DNA from: Bacteroidales bacterium UBA1757
GTDB taxonomy: Bacteria > Bacteroidota > Bacteroidia > Bacteroidales > UBA1402
Reading direction: 5' to 3'
Assembly: GCA_002315625.1 (NCBI GenBank)
Contig: DCHH01000025.1
Span: 1-49,033 of the forward strand
Length of the DNA: 49,033 bases
A program made the position numbers and the translations under genes. Shown here piece after piece: positions 37,911 to 47,524 of this stretch; the stretch's first letter is position 1, and every line of letters begins with the position of its first letter. The notes under the pieces were generated by a model that saw only the letters and a program-made list of their open reading frames with translations, did no database searches and was not told the origin of the DNA.

Positions 37911-38874
37911 TGTCGGCATCATAGGCGGTGCCGGCTACACCGCAGGAGAACTGATCCGGCTGCTTGTGAACCATCCTCAGGCGAATATTGTCTTTGTCAA
38001 CAGTTCAAGCAATGCAGGCAATGCCGTGGCCTCGGTACATGGCGGTCTGACGGGAGAGTGTGATTTGCTCTTCACCGACCAGCTGCCTCTTGAGAGTATC
38101 GATGTCCTGTTTCTCTGTTCAGCCCACGGCGACAGCCGGAGGTTTTTGGAAGAGCATCAAGTACTGGAGAAATACCCGTCACTGAAAATAATTGACCTTG
38201 CACAGGACTACCGCGACGAAAGCAACGGGTTTGTCTATGGCTTGCCGGAAAAGAACCGTGAGCGTATTGCCAAGTCATCACGGCTGGCCAATCCAGGCTG
38301 TTTTGCCACCTGCATCCAGTTGGCATTGCTTCCTTTGGCCGCTGCCGGTCTGCTTGAAGATGAAGTGCATATACAGGCCATAACCGGCTCGACAGGGGCA
38401 GGAGTAAAACCTTCTGCTACATCTCATTTCAGCTGGCGCAATGACAACATATCTGTCTATAAAGCCTTCCAGCATCAGCACCTTATAGAGATTGGCCGCA
38501 ACCTGCGCCTGCTGCAGCCCGACTTTGACAAGGACATCAATTTTGTTCCAATGCGTGGCGACTTTGCCCGCGGCATATTTGCATCTGTATATACCCGCTG
38601 CAAGTTATCCCAGGAGGAAGCCGGGAAACTGTACAAGGACTACTACAAATCAGCCGCATTTACCTTTGTCACCCCCGACAACATTGATATGAAACAGGTT
38701 GTCAACACCAACAAGGCACTTGTCCATGTGGAAAAACACGGCGACAAGCTTCTCGTTCTTTCAACCATTGACAACCTGTTGAAGGGTGCTTCCGGTCAGG
38801 CAGTCCAAAACATGAACCTTATGTTCGGCCTGGAAGAAAAGACCGGACTGAGACTTAAGAACATTGCATTCTAA
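37903..38874 (+). CDS. argC: N-acyl-gamma-glutamyl-phosphate reductase
   Basis: I chose the start at MINVGIIGGAGYTAGE, which overlaps the argG stop by 8 nt (ATGATTAA). Active-site Cys in NPGCFAT. Confidence 0.94.
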   Translation: MINVGIIGGAGYTAGELIRLLVNHPQANIVFVNSSSNAGNAVASVHGGLTGECDLLFTDQLPLESIDVLFLCSAHGDSRRFLEEHQVLEKYPSLKIIDLAQDYRDESNGFVYGLPEKNRERIAKSSRLANPGCFATCIQLALLPLAAAGLLEDEVHIQAITGSTGAGVKPSATSHFSWRNDNISVYKAFQHQHLIEIGRNLRLLQPDFDKDINFVPMRGDFARGIFASVYTRCKLSQEEAGKLYKDYYKSAAFTFVTPDNIDMKQVVNTNKALVHVEKHGDKLLVLSTIDNLLKGASGQAVQNMNLMFGLEEKTGLRLKNIAF

Positions 38875-38909
38875 CAGGCTTTTTGGTTAAAAGCCGCACA
38901 TTTTAGACC

Positions 38910-40037
38910 ATGAATCTGTTTGACGTATATCCCCTTTTTGACGTAAATATCGTTAGAGGTAAGGGCTGCCATGTCTGGGATGACAAAGGGCAGGAATATC
39001 TGGATTTATATGGAGGTCATGCCGTTATCTCAATCGGCCACGCCCATCCGCACTATGTTGATATGATTTCCAAGCAGGTTGCTACACTTGGATTCTACTC
39101 CAACTCCGTCAGGAACGGCCTGCAAGTGCAATTAGCAGAACGTCTCGGAAAAGCCTGCGGCTACGAGGACTATTCGCTCTTCTTAGTCAACTCAGGGGCC
39201 GAAGCCAACGAAAACGCCCTTAAACTGGCATCATTCCATACAGGAAGGAAAAAGGTGGTGGCTTTCCGCAAAGCTTTCCACGGGCGCACATCGGCAGCAG
39301 TACGGGTTACCGACAATCCCAAGATTGTTGCACCTGTCAATGAGGGCATTGATGTAACATTCCTTCCCCTCAACGACCTTGAGGCCGCCCGCGAAGCACT
39401 ATCTGCAAAGGATGTCTGTGCAGTCATCATAGAAGGAATCATGGGAGTAGGCGGAATACACATCCCCACCCCTGAATTCCTGCAAGGACTCCGCAATCTT
39501 TGCTCAGAAACCGGAACTGTCCTGATTCTGGATGAGATACAGTGCGGTTACGGCCGGAGTGGTAAATTCTTCGCTCACCAGCATGCTGGCATACGGCCGG
39601 ACCTCATCACCGTGGCCAAAGGTATCGGAAACGGATTCCCGATGAGCGGTCTTCTCATCAGTCCCATGTTCAAACCCGTTTATGGTATGCTTGGTACGAC
39701 ATTCGGAGGGAATCATTTGGCCTGTACAGCTGCTCTGGCCGTTCTCGATGTCATGGAGCAGGAACACCTGATTGACAATGCCGCCAAGGTTGGCAACTAC
39801 CTGATGGAAGCCTGCCGCGAGATACCTCAGATCAAGGAGGTCCGCGGTCTTGGACTTATGATCGGACTCGAATTTGAACAGCCGATCAAGGAGTTGCGCC
39901 AGCAGCTTCTCTATCAGGAGCATATCTTCACCGGTGTGAGCGGAACCAATGTCATACGTCTGCTGCCTCCGCTGTGCCTGACCATGAACGAGGCTTCGCA
40001 GTTCGTTTCCACCCTGAAGAAGATTCTCCAAGCCTGA
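38910..40037 (+). CDS. argD: acetylornithine/succinylornithine-type class III aminotransferase
   Basis: PLP-dependent class III signature: [23 protein letters not shown], and [11 protein letters not shown] with the PLP lysine. Confidence 0.92.
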   Translation: MNLFDVYPLFDVNIVRGKGCHVWDDKGQEYLDLYGGHAVISIGHAHPHYVDMISKQVATLGFYSNSVRNGLQVQLAERLGKACGYEDYSLFLVNSGAEANENALKLASFHTGRKKVVAFRKAFHGRTSAAVRVTDNPKIVAPVNEGIDVTFLPLNDLEAAREALSAKDVCAVIIEGIMGVGGIHIPTPEFLQGLRNLCSETGTVLILDEIQCGYGRSGKFFAHQHAGIRPDLITVAKGIGNGFPMSGLLISPMFKPVYGMLGTTFGGNHLACTAALAVLDVMEQEHLIDNAAKVGNYLMEACREIPQIKEVRGLGLMIGLEFEQPIKELRQQLLYQEHIFTGVSGTNVIRLLPPLCLTMNEASQFVSTLKKILQA

Positions 40038-40048
40038 TTATATCATTC

Positions 40049-40801
40049 ATGCCTCGCTACTTCATACGTTTTTCATACGACGGCACAAACTATCACGGCT
40101 GGCAGATTCAGCCAGGTGATATAAGTGTACAGGAGGTCATGACAGAGCGTATGTCGTGCCTGTTCGGAGAGGATTTTTCCCTGACCGGAGCAGGGCGTAC
40201 TGATGCCGGAGTGCACGCGGCAATGATGTGGGCTCACTTTGATTCACCAATGGATATTGAGAACCCTGACACATTAGTCGATAAACTCAACGGAATGTTC
40301 CCTTCGGATATAGCCGTTCAGGAAATCCGTAAAGTCAGGGATGATGCCCATGCCCGTTTTGATGCCGTTTCCCGCACATACGAATATCGGCTTTCGCTGT
40401 GTAAGGACAGTTTTCAAAGGCTCTATTCCACGCCCCTGCACATCATGCCTGACATTCAAGCTATGAACGAGGCTGCCAGAACCTTGTTTAATTACACTGA
40501 CTTTACTTCATTCAGCAAGCTTCACACAGACACCAAAACCAACAATTGCCGTATCATGAAGGCCGACTGGCAGCTAAACGGAAACATGCTGGTGTTCACA
40601 ATTCAGGCTGACCGTTTTCTCAGGAACATGGTCCGCGCCATTGTCGGCACCCTTATGGAGGTCGGGCGCGGCAAGCTCACCGTCGAAGGTTTCCGTGCCA
40701 TCATTGAAAAAAAAGACCGATGCTCAGCAGGCCAGTCCATGCCCCCGCAAGGCCTTTTCCTGACCGAAGTATGTTATCCGCAAGAAATATTCATGCAATA
40801 A
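40049..40801 (+). CDS. truA: tRNA pseudouridine(38-40) synthase
   Basis: I chose the start at [21 protein letters not shown]. Catalytic Asp in [11 protein letters not shown]. Confidence 0.93.
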   Translation: MPRYFIRFSYDGTNYHGWQIQPGDISVQEVMTERMSCLFGEDFSLTGAGRTDAGVHAAMMWAHFDSPMDIENPDTLVDKLNGMFPSDIAVQEIRKVRDDAHARFDAVSRTYEYRLSLCKDSFQRLYSTPLHIMPDIQAMNEAARTLFNYTDFTSFSKLHTDTKTNNCRIMKADWQLNGNMLVFTIQADRFLRNMVRAIVGTLMEVGRGKLTVEGFRAIIEKKDRCSAGQSMPPQGLFLTEVCYPQEIFMQ

Positions 40802-40804
40802 TAT

Positions 40805-40812
40805 TACCTTTG
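40805..40812 (+). promoter_or_regulatory. -7 promoter box (TACCTTTG) for the PAP2 gene and argF'
   Basis: Matches TAnnTTTG, followed by CGCC. Lies 20 nt upstream of the ATG at 40832. Confidence 0.45.
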
Positions 40813-40831
40813 CGCCAATTATTTATGAATC

Positions 40832-41671
40832 ATGAGAGACAGGCTGTCGTTTATTTTGTTGGTACTACTCTGTATTATGCCAAGGTTGATTGCTGCACAG
40901 GATATTACAGAAAAGGCTATTGAGGCTCCTTTACCAGACTCGGTCATGACGGCGGAAAAACACATGACACTGCCATACACCAACTGGTACAGCTTTGAAA
41001 AGCCCGAACCGAAATACGGCAGGAAGTTCCTTATGAGCAGTATAGCTCCTGCTGCCGTCGGATTGGTAGGCTTGGGAATCTATTTCTGGGACGATGCCCG
41101 TACATCCATACAGGATGCCATCAGCCTGGGCTATGAAACCCCGAAGGCTATGGGAGCAGACCAGCTACGGTATGTTCCCTTTGCAGTAAGTGCCGTTCTC
41201 CCGATGTTCGGCCTTTATCCCAAGCACAAGCCGCTTCATTCAATACCTTTGGGCTTCATCTCATACTGCTTTGCCGATTTGTGCGTGAACACAATCAAGA
41301 ATGCCACCAAGGAGGCCAGGCCCCACCCAACGCTTACTGAATGCAACAGTTTCCCATCACAGCACACATCAGAAGCCTTTATCGCGGCCACATTCCTCCA
41401 TCAGGAATACGGCCATTACAGCCCCTGGATTTCCGTCGCAGGATATGCATGCGCAACGTATGTGGCATGGGCCAGGGTGGCAGGTGACTACCACTGGTCA
41501 AACGACGTCCTGGTGGGAGCAGCCATGGGCACAATCTGCACAAATCTTGTCTATTTCGCCTACGATGGCCTTTCCGATTGGATTTACTCAAAAACTCATA
41601 ACGACAAACTGAGTATTATGCCTTTTGCTTCCAGCCACAGCGGCGGAATCTATCTTACATACGAATTTTAA
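40832..41671 (+). CDS. PAP2 superfamily membrane phosphatase
   Basis: The three PAP2 motifs are present: KEARPHP (KxxxxxxRP), SFPSQH (PSGH-like) and ARVAGDYHWSNDV (SRxxxxxHxxxD-like). Several TM segments. Confidence 0.82.
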   Translation: MRDRLSFILLVLLCIMPRLIAAQDITEKAIEAPLPDSVMTAEKHMTLPYTNWYSFEKPEPKYGRKFLMSSIAPAAVGLVGLGIYFWDDARTSIQDAISLGYETPKAMGADQLRYVPFAVSAVLPMFGLYPKHKPLHSIPLGFISYCFADLCVNTIKNATKEARPHPTLTECNSFPSQHTSEAFIAATFLHQEYGHYSPWISVAGYACATYVAWARVAGDYHWSNDVLVGAAMGTICTNLVYFAYDGLSDWIYSKTHNDKLSIMPFASSHSGGIYLTYEF

Positions 41672-41683
41672 CTGATTTCCGTA

Positions 41684-42676
41684 ATGAGACACTTTACCTC
41701 CATCAATGATTTGGGCGATGTTCAGGCAGCCGTAAAAGAAGCCCTTGAAATCAAGAAAAACCGTTACGCCTTCCAGGAATTGGGAAAGAATCGTACCGCT
41801 TTGCTGATTTTCTTCAACAACAGCCTTCGCACCCGCCTCAGCACCCAGAAGGCCGCAATGAATCTGGGTATGAACGTAATAGTACTCGATGTCAACCAGG
41901 GTGCCTGGAAGCTGGAGACTGAACGCGGTGTCATCATGGACGGTGACAAGAGCGAGCATCTGCTTGAGGCCATTCCGGTGATGGGATGCTACTGTGATAT
42001 GATTGGCGTTCGTTCCTTCGCCCGTTTCGAGAATAAGGAAGATGACTATAACGAGAAGATACTCAACCAGTTCATCAAATATTCCGGGCGTCCGGTATTC
42101 AGTATGGAAGCGGCTACCCGCCATCCGCTGCAAAGCTTTGCCGACCTCATCACAATCGAAGAGTACAAAAAGACAGCCCGTCCCAAGGTTGTCATGACAT
42201 GGGCTCCCCATCCCAAGGCCCTGCCTCAGGCCGTTCCCAACAGTTTTGCCGAAACGATGAACGCAACCGACTATGAATTCGTGATTGCCCAGCCTCACGG
42301 CTACGAGCTCGACGAGAAATTCGTGGGTCGTGCAAAAGTTGAATACGACCAACGAAAAGCACTTGAAGGTGCCGATTTCGTCTATGCAAAGAACTGGTCG
42401 GCCTACAAAGACCCCAACTACGGAAAAGTCATCTGCAAGGATATGGATTGGACAGTCGATACGGAAAAGATGGCCCTTACAAACAATGCCTACTTTATGC
42501 ACTGCCTGCCTGTCCGTCGCAATATGATAGTCAGTGACGATGTAATCGAGAGTCCTCAATCTATTGTGATTCCCGAAGCTGCCAACCGTGAAATCTCTGC
42601 CCAGTGCGTCCTGAAGCGCATCCTTGAAGGACTCAACGGTGATGCCCAGCCGGTCTCAACTGGCTACTGGCACTAA
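41684..42676 (+). CDS. argF': N-succinyl-L-ornithine carbamoyltransferase-type transcarbamylase (ArgF')
   Basis: Long stretches match the Bacteroides fragilis ArgF' sequence as I remember it: FFN.SLRTRLSTQKAA, GAWKLETERGVIMDGDK, PVFSMEAATRHPLQSFADLITIEEYKKTARPKVVMTWAPHP, MHCLPVRRNMIV.DDVIESPQSIVIPEAANREISA. Confidence 0.85.
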   Translation: MRHFTSINDLGDVQAAVKEALEIKKNRYAFQELGKNRTALLIFFNNSLRTRLSTQKAAMNLGMNVIVLDVNQGAWKLETERGVIMDGDKSEHLLEAIPVMGCYCDMIGVRSFARFENKEDDYNEKILNQFIKYSGRPVFSMEAATRHPLQSFADLITIEEYKKTARPKVVMTWAPHPKALPQAVPNSFAETMNATDYEFVIAQPHGYELDEKFVGRAKVEYDQRKALEGADFVYAKNWSAYKDPNYGKVICKDMDWTVDTEKMALTNNAYFMHCLPVRRNMIVSDDVIESPQSIVIPEAANREISAQCVLKRILEGLNGDAQPVSTGYWH

Positions 42677-42689
42677 TTGGTAGTGTGTT

Positions 42690-43628
42690 ATGTGGTTGTG
42701 GTGTACCATTCTTTCGTCCATCTTCCTCGGACTGTATGAGGTTTTCAAAAAGCTGTCGCTAAGGGGGAATGCCGTCCTTCCGGTCCTGTTTTTCACGCCG
42801 GTCATCTGCACTTTGTTCTTCCTTCCCTGCCTGATTCTCTCCCGGACAAATCCGGAAATGATGCAAGGGACAGCCGTTTATGTTGGACAGATAAGCGGCA
42901 CTGACCATCTCTATATCCTGTTAAAGTCAGCTATAGTGTTGATTTCATGGTGCCTGGCCTACTATGCCATGAAGAATCTCCCAATCACCATAGCCTCCCC
43001 CATCAAATCCACCCAGCCGATGTTCATCCTTATCGGAGCCTTCATAGTTTTTGGCGAGCGGATGAACGGCTGGCAATGGGCTGGTGCCATGATTGCACTG
43101 GTCTGCCTGTTCTTCTATTCCCGCATCGGTGAAAAGGAGGGTATTTCATTCGTTCACAACAAATGGATATGGTGTCTCATTGGGGCGGTACTTGTTGGTG
43201 CAATCAGCGGTCTGTACGACAAATACATGATGCGCCATTTCGACCGGATGGCAGTGCAGATATGGTACACCTTCTACCAGATTCTTCTAATGATTCCCAT
43301 CATGGCAGGCTATACCATACACCAGTACCGGCTTGTCAAAGATGGAAACGGCAGCACAACTGGAGTGGGCTGGCTCGGAGGCTTCCAATGGCGCTGGAGC
43401 ATCATTGGTCTCGGCCTGCTGCTCTGCATCTCCGACTTCCTTTATTTCTATGCTCTTTCCATTCCCGATTCGCTGATTTCCGTTGTGTCGCCAATCCGTC
43501 GCTCGGGTGTAATCGTACCGTTCCTGGCCGGAGCACTCTTCATGAAGGAAAAGCATATCAAGGAAAAAGGAATCCTGCTCATAGGTGTGCTGATTGGTAT
43601 TCTATGCCTCTATTTCGGCTCTATCTGA
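42690..43628 (+). CDS. EamA/DMT superfamily transporter
   Basis: 312 aa with about 10 TM helices. The two-halves architecture is typical of EamA-domain proteins. Confidence 0.75.
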   Translation: MWLWCTILSSIFLGLYEVFKKLSLRGNAVLPVLFFTPVICTLFFLPCLILSRTNPEMMQGTAVYVGQISGTDHLYILLKSAIVLISWCLAYYAMKNLPITIASPIKSTQPMFILIGAFIVFGERMNGWQWAGAMIALVCLFFYSRIGEKEGISFVHNKWIWCLIGAVLVGAISGLYDKYMMRHFDRMAVQIWYTFYQILLMIPIMAGYTIHQYRLVKDGNGSTTGVGWLGGFQWRWSIIGLGLLLCISDFLYFYALSIPDSLISVVSPIRRSGVIVPFLAGALFMKEKHIKEKGILLIGVLIGILCLYFGSI

Positions 43629-43650
43629 TTTTTGTTGAACCACCACTAAT

Positions 43651-44358
43651 ATGAAATCCATCCTGTCTGTTGTCGTAACGCTTGCTGTTGCACTTGCCGT
43701 CCAGGCACAAATCATCCCTTCCGTGGAAAAATGTTTTCAGTCCATGCCCGATTTGTTCCTGCCCTCAAGTGAGACAATGCGTCTCGACCTCATTGACTAC
43801 TACAAGAGCGGGCTCCGCTCCCACGTCAAGGGTCCTTTTGACAACACGATGGAAATCAAAGATATGTCCGATTCGTATCTTCGCGTTAAAACAAGCAGCG
43901 TGGGTGACATTCAAATCAAGATTCTGCCCATCGATTCTGCCAGTACCGACTCCTCTGCCTTTGTTCTGGCCGTTGTCCGCACGGTGCAAGGTCCCGCAGC
44001 AGCCAGCGATATGTCATTCTACACTCTTGACTGGCAGCCCGTCAAAGGCAACTATTCCGCACCAAAGGTTTCATCTGATGTCTTTTGGGATTTGTCAATG
44101 CTTGACAGCCTGTCGCAACGTTCTCTTGCCGATAACTTTGACGAACTGGGATCGGTGGAAATCAATCCGGAGAATGTGCTGTCGGCTGCGTTATATTCCT
44201 ACGATTTCAATTCGCAGGACAACACCCTGACAGTCAAATCGTCAGCCGAAAAGCAACTTGACAAGGCCGTATTCAAGGCCGTCACCCCAGCCTTCCGCCC
44301 CACCCAGTTCTACGAGTGGCAGGTTCATGGCGAACCTTCATTTGTGCTAAAATTTTGA
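43651..44358 (+). CDS. hypothetical secreted protein (possibly DUF3256-like)
   Basis: Signal peptide MKSILSVVVTLAVALAVQAQ. The F.SMPD...LP...R.DLIDY opening resembles a Bacteroides-specific DUF family as I remember it. Not verified. Confidence 0.45.
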   Translation: MKSILSVVVTLAVALAVQAQIIPSVEKCFQSMPDLFLPSSETMRLDLIDYYKSGLRSHVKGPFDNTMEIKDMSDSYLRVKTSSVGDIQIKILPIDSASTDSSAFVLAVVRTVQGPAAASDMSFYTLDWQPVKGNYSAPKVSSDVFWDLSMLDSLSQRSLADNFDELGSVEINPENVLSAALYSYDFNSQDNTLTVKSSAEKQLDKAVFKAVTPAFRPTQFYEWQVHGEPSFVLKF

Positions 44359-44369
44359 TTTTAAGTACT

Positions 44370-45002
44370 CTATAATATAAGTTCACGAGCGGGGATTTTG
44401 GGTACGCAGTGGATTCCGTCCTGACGGTAGTATTTGTGGCTGTCAGCTTCATGGATTGGCACAAGACTGTATTTCTCAATTCCCTTGCCGATAGCAACAA
44501 GCATCAAAGGCTCATACGGCAGATTAAGGTCTTCAATGATAGCCGATTTGTTGAATGCGCCTATGCAGATTCCGTTCAGTCCCATCTCCACGGCTTTCAG
44601 CAGCATACTTTGAAGCGAAATGCCCAGGTCGGTATAGACATAGTAATCCGGAGCTATCGTGGAACAGACTATGATAAAAGCCTCCGGTTCCGTGCCGGGA
44701 AAGGGCAAATGCAATTCCGGCAGCGCACCACCTAACTTTATGTTTTTCAGCACAGCATCAGCCTCTTCGCCGACGTTAACCAACCTGAAGCGCAAGACCT
44801 GCTGATTCCGTGCGGAAGGCACCTTGTCGTTGACCGAAACGATGCGCTCTAGCATATCGCGAGTTACTACAAAACTTTTGTCGTACCCCCTGCAACTGCG
44901 ATTCTTCACCAACAGTTCGTTCAAGGTATGTCCTATCCGTCTGACTGCGCCTTTTCCTTTCTCGTAGGCATCATAGCGCTTTTCCAGAAATCCGTCTGCC
45001 AT
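44370..45002 (-). CDS. nitroreductase family protein
   Basis: 210 aa. RSCRGYD near the N-terminus and PSARNQQ are typical of the FMN nitroreductase fold. Confidence 0.75.
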   Translation of the reverse strand: MADGFLEKRYDAYEKGKGAVRRIGHTLNELLVKNRSCRGYDKSFVVTRDMLERIVSVNDKVPSARNQQVLRFRLVNVGEEADAVLKNIKLGGALPELHLPFPGTEPEAFIIVCSTIAPDYYVYTDLGISLQSMLLKAVEMGLNGICIGAFNKSAIIEDLNLPYEPLMLVAIGKGIEKYSLVPIHEADSHKYYRQDGIHCVPKIPARELIL

Positions 45003-45005
45003 AGT

Positions 45006-46382
45006 CTAAATAATTATCGATTTGAAATGGGGTCCGAACCGTTCAAAGGCAGCCCGGTCAAGGGTTTCGCGGTCATCAGGATGGGCAATGCTGATAAGCA
45101 GTTTTGCACGTTCCTGCAATGATTTACCCGACAAATCAACCGCTCCGTATTCACTTACCACCCAATGGGCATCAGGTCGTGGAGTGACCACCCCTGCTCC
45201 AGGGTCGAGGATGGGGACAATCTTGCTCTGCCCTTTCTTTGTGCGAGAGGCAAATGCCATTATGGACTTGCCGCCCTTCGAAATTTCCGTTCCCTTCACG
45301 AAATCGAGCTGGCCGCCCGTACCTGAGATAATGCGCTGACCGACACTGTCGGCACATACCTGACCCGTCAGGTCAATCTGGATTGCAGTATTGATGGCCA
45401 CCATTTTGGGATTTCTGCCAATGACACTGGAATTATTCGTATAGGCCGAATCCATCATCAGGAAGTCGGGGTTCTGATCCACATAGTCAAACACCCGGCT
45501 GCTTCCCAACATCAAGGTTGCTACCACCTTGCCGGGATCAGTCTTCTTGTGGATACCCGTAGCCACCCCCAACCGGAAAAGTTCCAGCAGACCGTCCGAG
45601 CACATCTCAGTATGTATGCCAAGGTCCTTATGGTCCTTGAGATGGGCAACAACGGCATTGGGCAATGAACCGATACCCGCCTGCAAGCATGAACCGTCCT
45701 CAATGATGTCGGCACACAACTGGCCGATTGTATTTTCCACTTCGTCGGGCCATTCCGATTCGGGTTCGAAGAGAGGCCGGTCGTCTCGAACCAGGAAATC
45801 GAAGCTTCCCAACGGCAACCGTGCATCCCCGTATGTATGGGGAATATAGCGGTTCATCAGTCCAATAACCACTCTGGAAGCATCCAGTGCACCCAGACTC
45901 CCTTCCACATCGGTTCCTAACGACACACATCCATGCTCATCGGGAAGCGATACACTCAGGAAACTGACATGGCACGGAATATTGCCCAACCTGTAGAGCA
46001 AAGGGACATCATGCAGATGGACAGGGATGTAGTCAGCATATCCTGTATTGACCAGTTCCCGCACATTGCCTCCTACGAAAGTGGGCTGGTCAAAGATTAT
46101 ATCCTCGTATTTGGGATCTGCGTAATGAACACGGCCAAAAGTCACCGAGTGATGAAGATGAATGTCTTCGATGTCGTTTCGAGGGTCAAACTGCCCCTGC
46201 GCCTTGTGCTCCAGACTTTCATCAGCCCTACGGCAAAGGGCGTCCAAAAGGGCGACCGGCATCTGTGCACCACCATTGAAATGTATGTGGTCGTGGGACC
46301 GGACTGCCGCTACAGCCTCGTCAGCGGTCACCTCCCTATGTGCCTTCCTGCTGTTGACCGGTGTATAATAATTAATGGCCAT
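45006..46382 (-). CDS. acetyl-CoA hydrolase/transferase family protein (4-hydroxybutyrate/succinate CoA-transferase-like)
   Basis: I chose the start at MAINYYTPV (ATG at 46382) over the track start at 46529. Contains GIGSLPNAV and SGTGGQLDF family signatures. Confidence 0.85.
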   Translation of the reverse strand: MAINYYTPVNSRKAHREVTADEAVAAVRSHDHIHFNGGAQMPVALLDALCRRADESLEHKAQGQFDPRNDIEDIHLHHSVTFGRVHYADPKYEDIIFDQPTFVGGNVRELVNTGYADYIPVHLHDVPLLYRLGNIPCHVSFLSVSLPDEHGCVSLGTDVEGSLGALDASRVVIGLMNRYIPHTYGDARLPLGSFDFLVRDDRPLFEPESEWPDEVENTIGQLCADIIEDGSCLQAGIGSLPNAVVAHLKDHKDLGIHTEMCSDGLLELFRLGVATGIHKKTDPGKVVATLMLGSSRVFDYVDQNPDFLMMDSAYTNNSSVIGRNPKMVAINTAIQIDLTGQVCADSVGQRIISGTGGQLDFVKGTEISKGGKSIMAFASRTKKGQSKIVPILDPGAGVVTPRPDAHWVVSEYGAVDLSGKSLQERAKLLISIAHPDDRETLDRAAFERFGPHFKSIII

Positions 46383-46502
46383 GTGATTCGTGAAATTTCC
46401 CGTAAAGGTACTCTTTTCCCGCTTGCATTGCAAATACTCTTCGACCACACGTTTTGTGTTACTGACCTGAACAATAAATTTGTCATTACGGGCGGTTTGG
46501 CT

Positions 46503-46510
46503 TACCTTTG
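46503..46510 (+). promoter_or_regulatory. -7 promoter box (TACCTTTG) for phoH-purC-purM
   Basis: Matches TAnnTTTG, 61 nt upstream of the phoH ATG. A second match, TAAATTTG, lies at 46475-46482. Confidence 0.4.
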
Positions 46511-46570
46511 CAAAAATATTCCCAATCACTCAAAAGTGACATTTCCGACAAAGCAAATGATTGATGTACA

Positions 46571-47524
46571 ATGATTGAGCGCATCCTTGTCATAGAAGAG
46601 GCCGACCCGGTTCTGCTGTGCGGCGTGAACAACTGTAACATACAGCTGCTCAAAACGTTGTACCCCAAAATACGCATCGTTGCACGGGGCAATGTACTCA
46701 AGGTCCTGGGCGATGAGGCAGAGCTTGATGCCTTCGGGGAGGTTCTGAAGGCATTGCAGAAATATGCATCCGAGTTCAACCAGTTGCAGGAAGAAAACAT
46801 TCTGGACATAGTGCAGGGGCGCCGTCCGGTCACAGTCAAACAAGACAACCTCATACTGTTCGGATTAGGGGGCAAGCCTATCACAGCCCGTACCGTCAAC
46901 CAGCAGAATCTTGTCAAGGCGTACGAAGAGAATGACCTGCTGTTTGCCGTAGGTCCTGCGGGAACCGGCAAGACCTACACGGCCATTGCCCTGGCAGTCC
47001 GCGCCTTCAAGAACAAAGAGGTTCGCAAGATTATCCTCTCCCGGCCGGCCGTTGAAGCAGGGGAAAAACTCGGGTTCCTTCCAGGTGACATGAAGGATAA
47101 AATTGACCCATATCTCCAGCCGCTCTACGACGCTCTGGAAGACATGATACCGATGGCCAAACTGCAGGAATACATGGACAACCGCATGGTTCAGATAGCT
47201 CCGCTCGCCTTCATGCGCGGACGCACACTGTCCGATGCCGTAGTAATTCTCGATGAGGCACAGAATACGACAGTACAGCAGATAAAGATGTTCCTCACCC
47301 GCATGGGCATGAACACAAAAATGATTGTGACAGGCGACCTCACGCAGATTGACCTTCCTGCCGCCACGACTTCAGGGCTGGTACATGCCCTCAAGGTACT
47401 AGACAAGGTGAAGGGAGTCGCCAGGATTGAATTTGACAAGCGTGATATTGTGCGCCACAAACTGGTTCAGCGGATTGTGGAAGCATACGAAGCGTACGAC
47501 AACAATAAAAACCATATATTATGA
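46571..47524 (+). CDS. phoH: PhoH family ATPase
   Basis: Walker [10 protein letters not shown] and Walker B VILDEAQN. The GFLPGD and RGRT motifs are typical of PhoH. Confidence 0.92.
   Translation: MIERILVIEEADPVLLCGVNNCNIQLLKTLYPKIRIVARGNVLKVLGDEAELDAFGEVLKALQKYASEFNQLQEENILDIVQGRRPVTVKQDNLILFGLGGKPITARTVNQQNLVKAYEENDLLFAVGPAGTGKTYTAIALAVRAFKNKEVRKIILSRPAVEAGEKLGFLPGDMKDKIDPYLQPLYDALEDMIPMAKLQEYMDNRMVQIAPLAFMRGRTLSDAVVILDEAQNTTVQQIKMFLTRMGMNTKMIVTGDLTQIDLPAATTSGLVHALKVLDKVKGVARIEFDKRDIVRHKLVQRIVEAYEAYDNNKNHIL

Noticed and set aside
43163-44230. Alternative-frame ORFs of 163 aa (43163-43654) and 182 aa (43682-44230) overlapping the EamA gene and the secreted-protein gene.
   Set aside because: Both are out-of-frame overlaps on the same strand, with Arg/Pro/Ser-rich translations. 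The annotated frames show a proper TM pattern and a signal peptide respectively.
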